From: a virus
Taxonomy: Duplodnaviria; Caudoviricetes
IMG/VR virus record: IMGVR_UViG_3300017739_000035
Span: 1 to 36,534 of that record
Reading direction: 5' to 3' (one strand)
DNA: 36,534 bases
A program made the position numbers and the translations under genes. How positions within the stretch are numbered: position 1 is the stretch's first letter; each line of letters begins with the position of its first letter. This document shows, piece after piece, positions 35,876 to 36,534 of the stretch. A model generated the notes under the pieces. The model was given only the letters and a program-made list of their open reading frames with translations. It was not told where the DNA came from and did not search any database.

Positions 35876-36534
35876 TCGCTTTCTTCTGTAGGATAACGAA
35901 CATATCCTTTGACCTGTTTTATTTCTAAAGTATTTTTGTCATACACCAAACCATAAATCCAAACAAAATCATCTTCTCTGCTTTCTGGCATAGGAAACTG
36001 TAAATTTTGTTCTTTGCAAAATTCTTTCATAATTTCTTTTGTAGTTACAAAAAAAACATCATATTCATCTGCTTCTGTTCCGTCTTCATTAAATATTTTT
36101 GCAAAAAAATGACTTTTAGAAGCGTAATAAGGAACAGGCGGTCTAGGAATAAAAGTATCTGGGTGTTCTTGATAATTACTTGTATATTCGTCGTCTTGAA
36201 TAACCACTTTTAATTGTTTTTTTCCAGATACAGTATTGTATTTTATGGCGTGCCAACCATTATATGTGTAGCCAACATCAGGAACATTAAACGCATTTAA
36301 TGTTTCTTCTGGCATTTCTATAAAAACATTGTACCAACTATAAGTTTTTTCATTCGTATAAGGCGGTCTTAGGGGAGCGTCTTCGTGAGCTGTGTAGGTC
36401 CCAATAATATTAAATCTATTTTGTTTCCAATCTTGATCTTTTCCAAAAACTTTTTCTACTTCTTCTATAAGCGGTTTAGCTTGATGTAAGCCAATGTTGT
36501 AATCCGTTCTAACTAATTTTTTATTTACATAAAC
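35866..36534 (-). CDS. Hypothetical tail-region protein, 5'-truncated by the window edge
   Basis: Frame is open from 36534 (VYVNKKLVRTDYNIG...) into the track ORF MPEET. Confidence 0.7.
   Translation of the reverse strand, partial: VYVNKKLVRTDYNIGLHQAKPLIEEVEKVFGKDQDWKQNRFNIIGTYTAHEDAPLRPPYTNEKTYSWYNVFIEMPEETLNAFNVPDVGYTYNGWHAIKYNTVSGKKQLKVVIQDDEYTSNYQEHPDTFIPRPPVPYYASKSHFFAKIFNEDGTEADEYDVFFVTTKEIMKEFCKEQNLQFPMPESREDDFVWIYGLVYDKNTLEIKQVKGYVRYPTEESEWL

Larger units (their letters stand above)
1..36534. mobile_element. Near-complete tailed dsDNA bacteriophage genome (podovirus-like, integrase-encoding), circularly permuted
   Basis: TerS/TerL, portal, scaffold, capsid, tail, lysis, replication and integrase genes; no host housekeeping genes; minus-strand tail module is split between the two window ends. 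Confidence 0.95.

Noticed and set aside
26057-36213. Plus-strand ORFs over the tail/ejection genes
   Set aside because: Antisense shadows without independent support
1-36534. tRNA genes, introns, diversity-generating retroelement, auxiliary metabolic genes, alternative genetic code
   Set aside because: No cloverleaf or T-loop motif, reverse transcriptase or interrupted core gene seen; genes translate intact with the standard code. A tRNAscan/Rfam run would be needed to exclude RNAs formally

Overview
The window is a near-complete, circularly permuted genome of an AT-rich tailed dsDNA phage. Its organisation is podovirus-like and resembles uncultured marine phages; the host cannot be determined from sequence. 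The minus strand carries terS, terL, a P22-like portal, small basic peptides, a lysis cassette (MscS-like protein, 3TM holin, M15 peptidase), scaffold, major capsid, adaptor and tail genes. The tail and ejection genes continue at the far end of the window (36.5 to 26 kb). A plus-strand operon at 13.85-18.07 kb contains a small C5 DNA methyltransferase and about 15 ORFans. A minus-strand replication/recombination module encodes an Xis-like HTH, DUF2800 nuclease, Sak4-like ATPase, SSB-like protein, TOPRIM primase-helicase and an HTH protein. A plus-strand DUF3310 plus tyrosine integrase block follows, with no recognisable repressor. The most unusual signal is a sharply bounded island at about 13.1-16.5 kb, starting inside terS, where GATC, GGCC and CCGG are strongly over-represented instead of avoided. 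By hand count it holds about 70 GATC sites in 3.4 kb, 16 of them in about 310 bp of repeat-built terS 3' sequence. The island surrounds the methyltransferase and plausibly marks the packaging site and first-injected DNA. Next to it are two tandem hairpins with anti-Shine-Dalgarno loops, read through by a 31-codon ORF coupled to terL. All counts are manual and no database searches were run.
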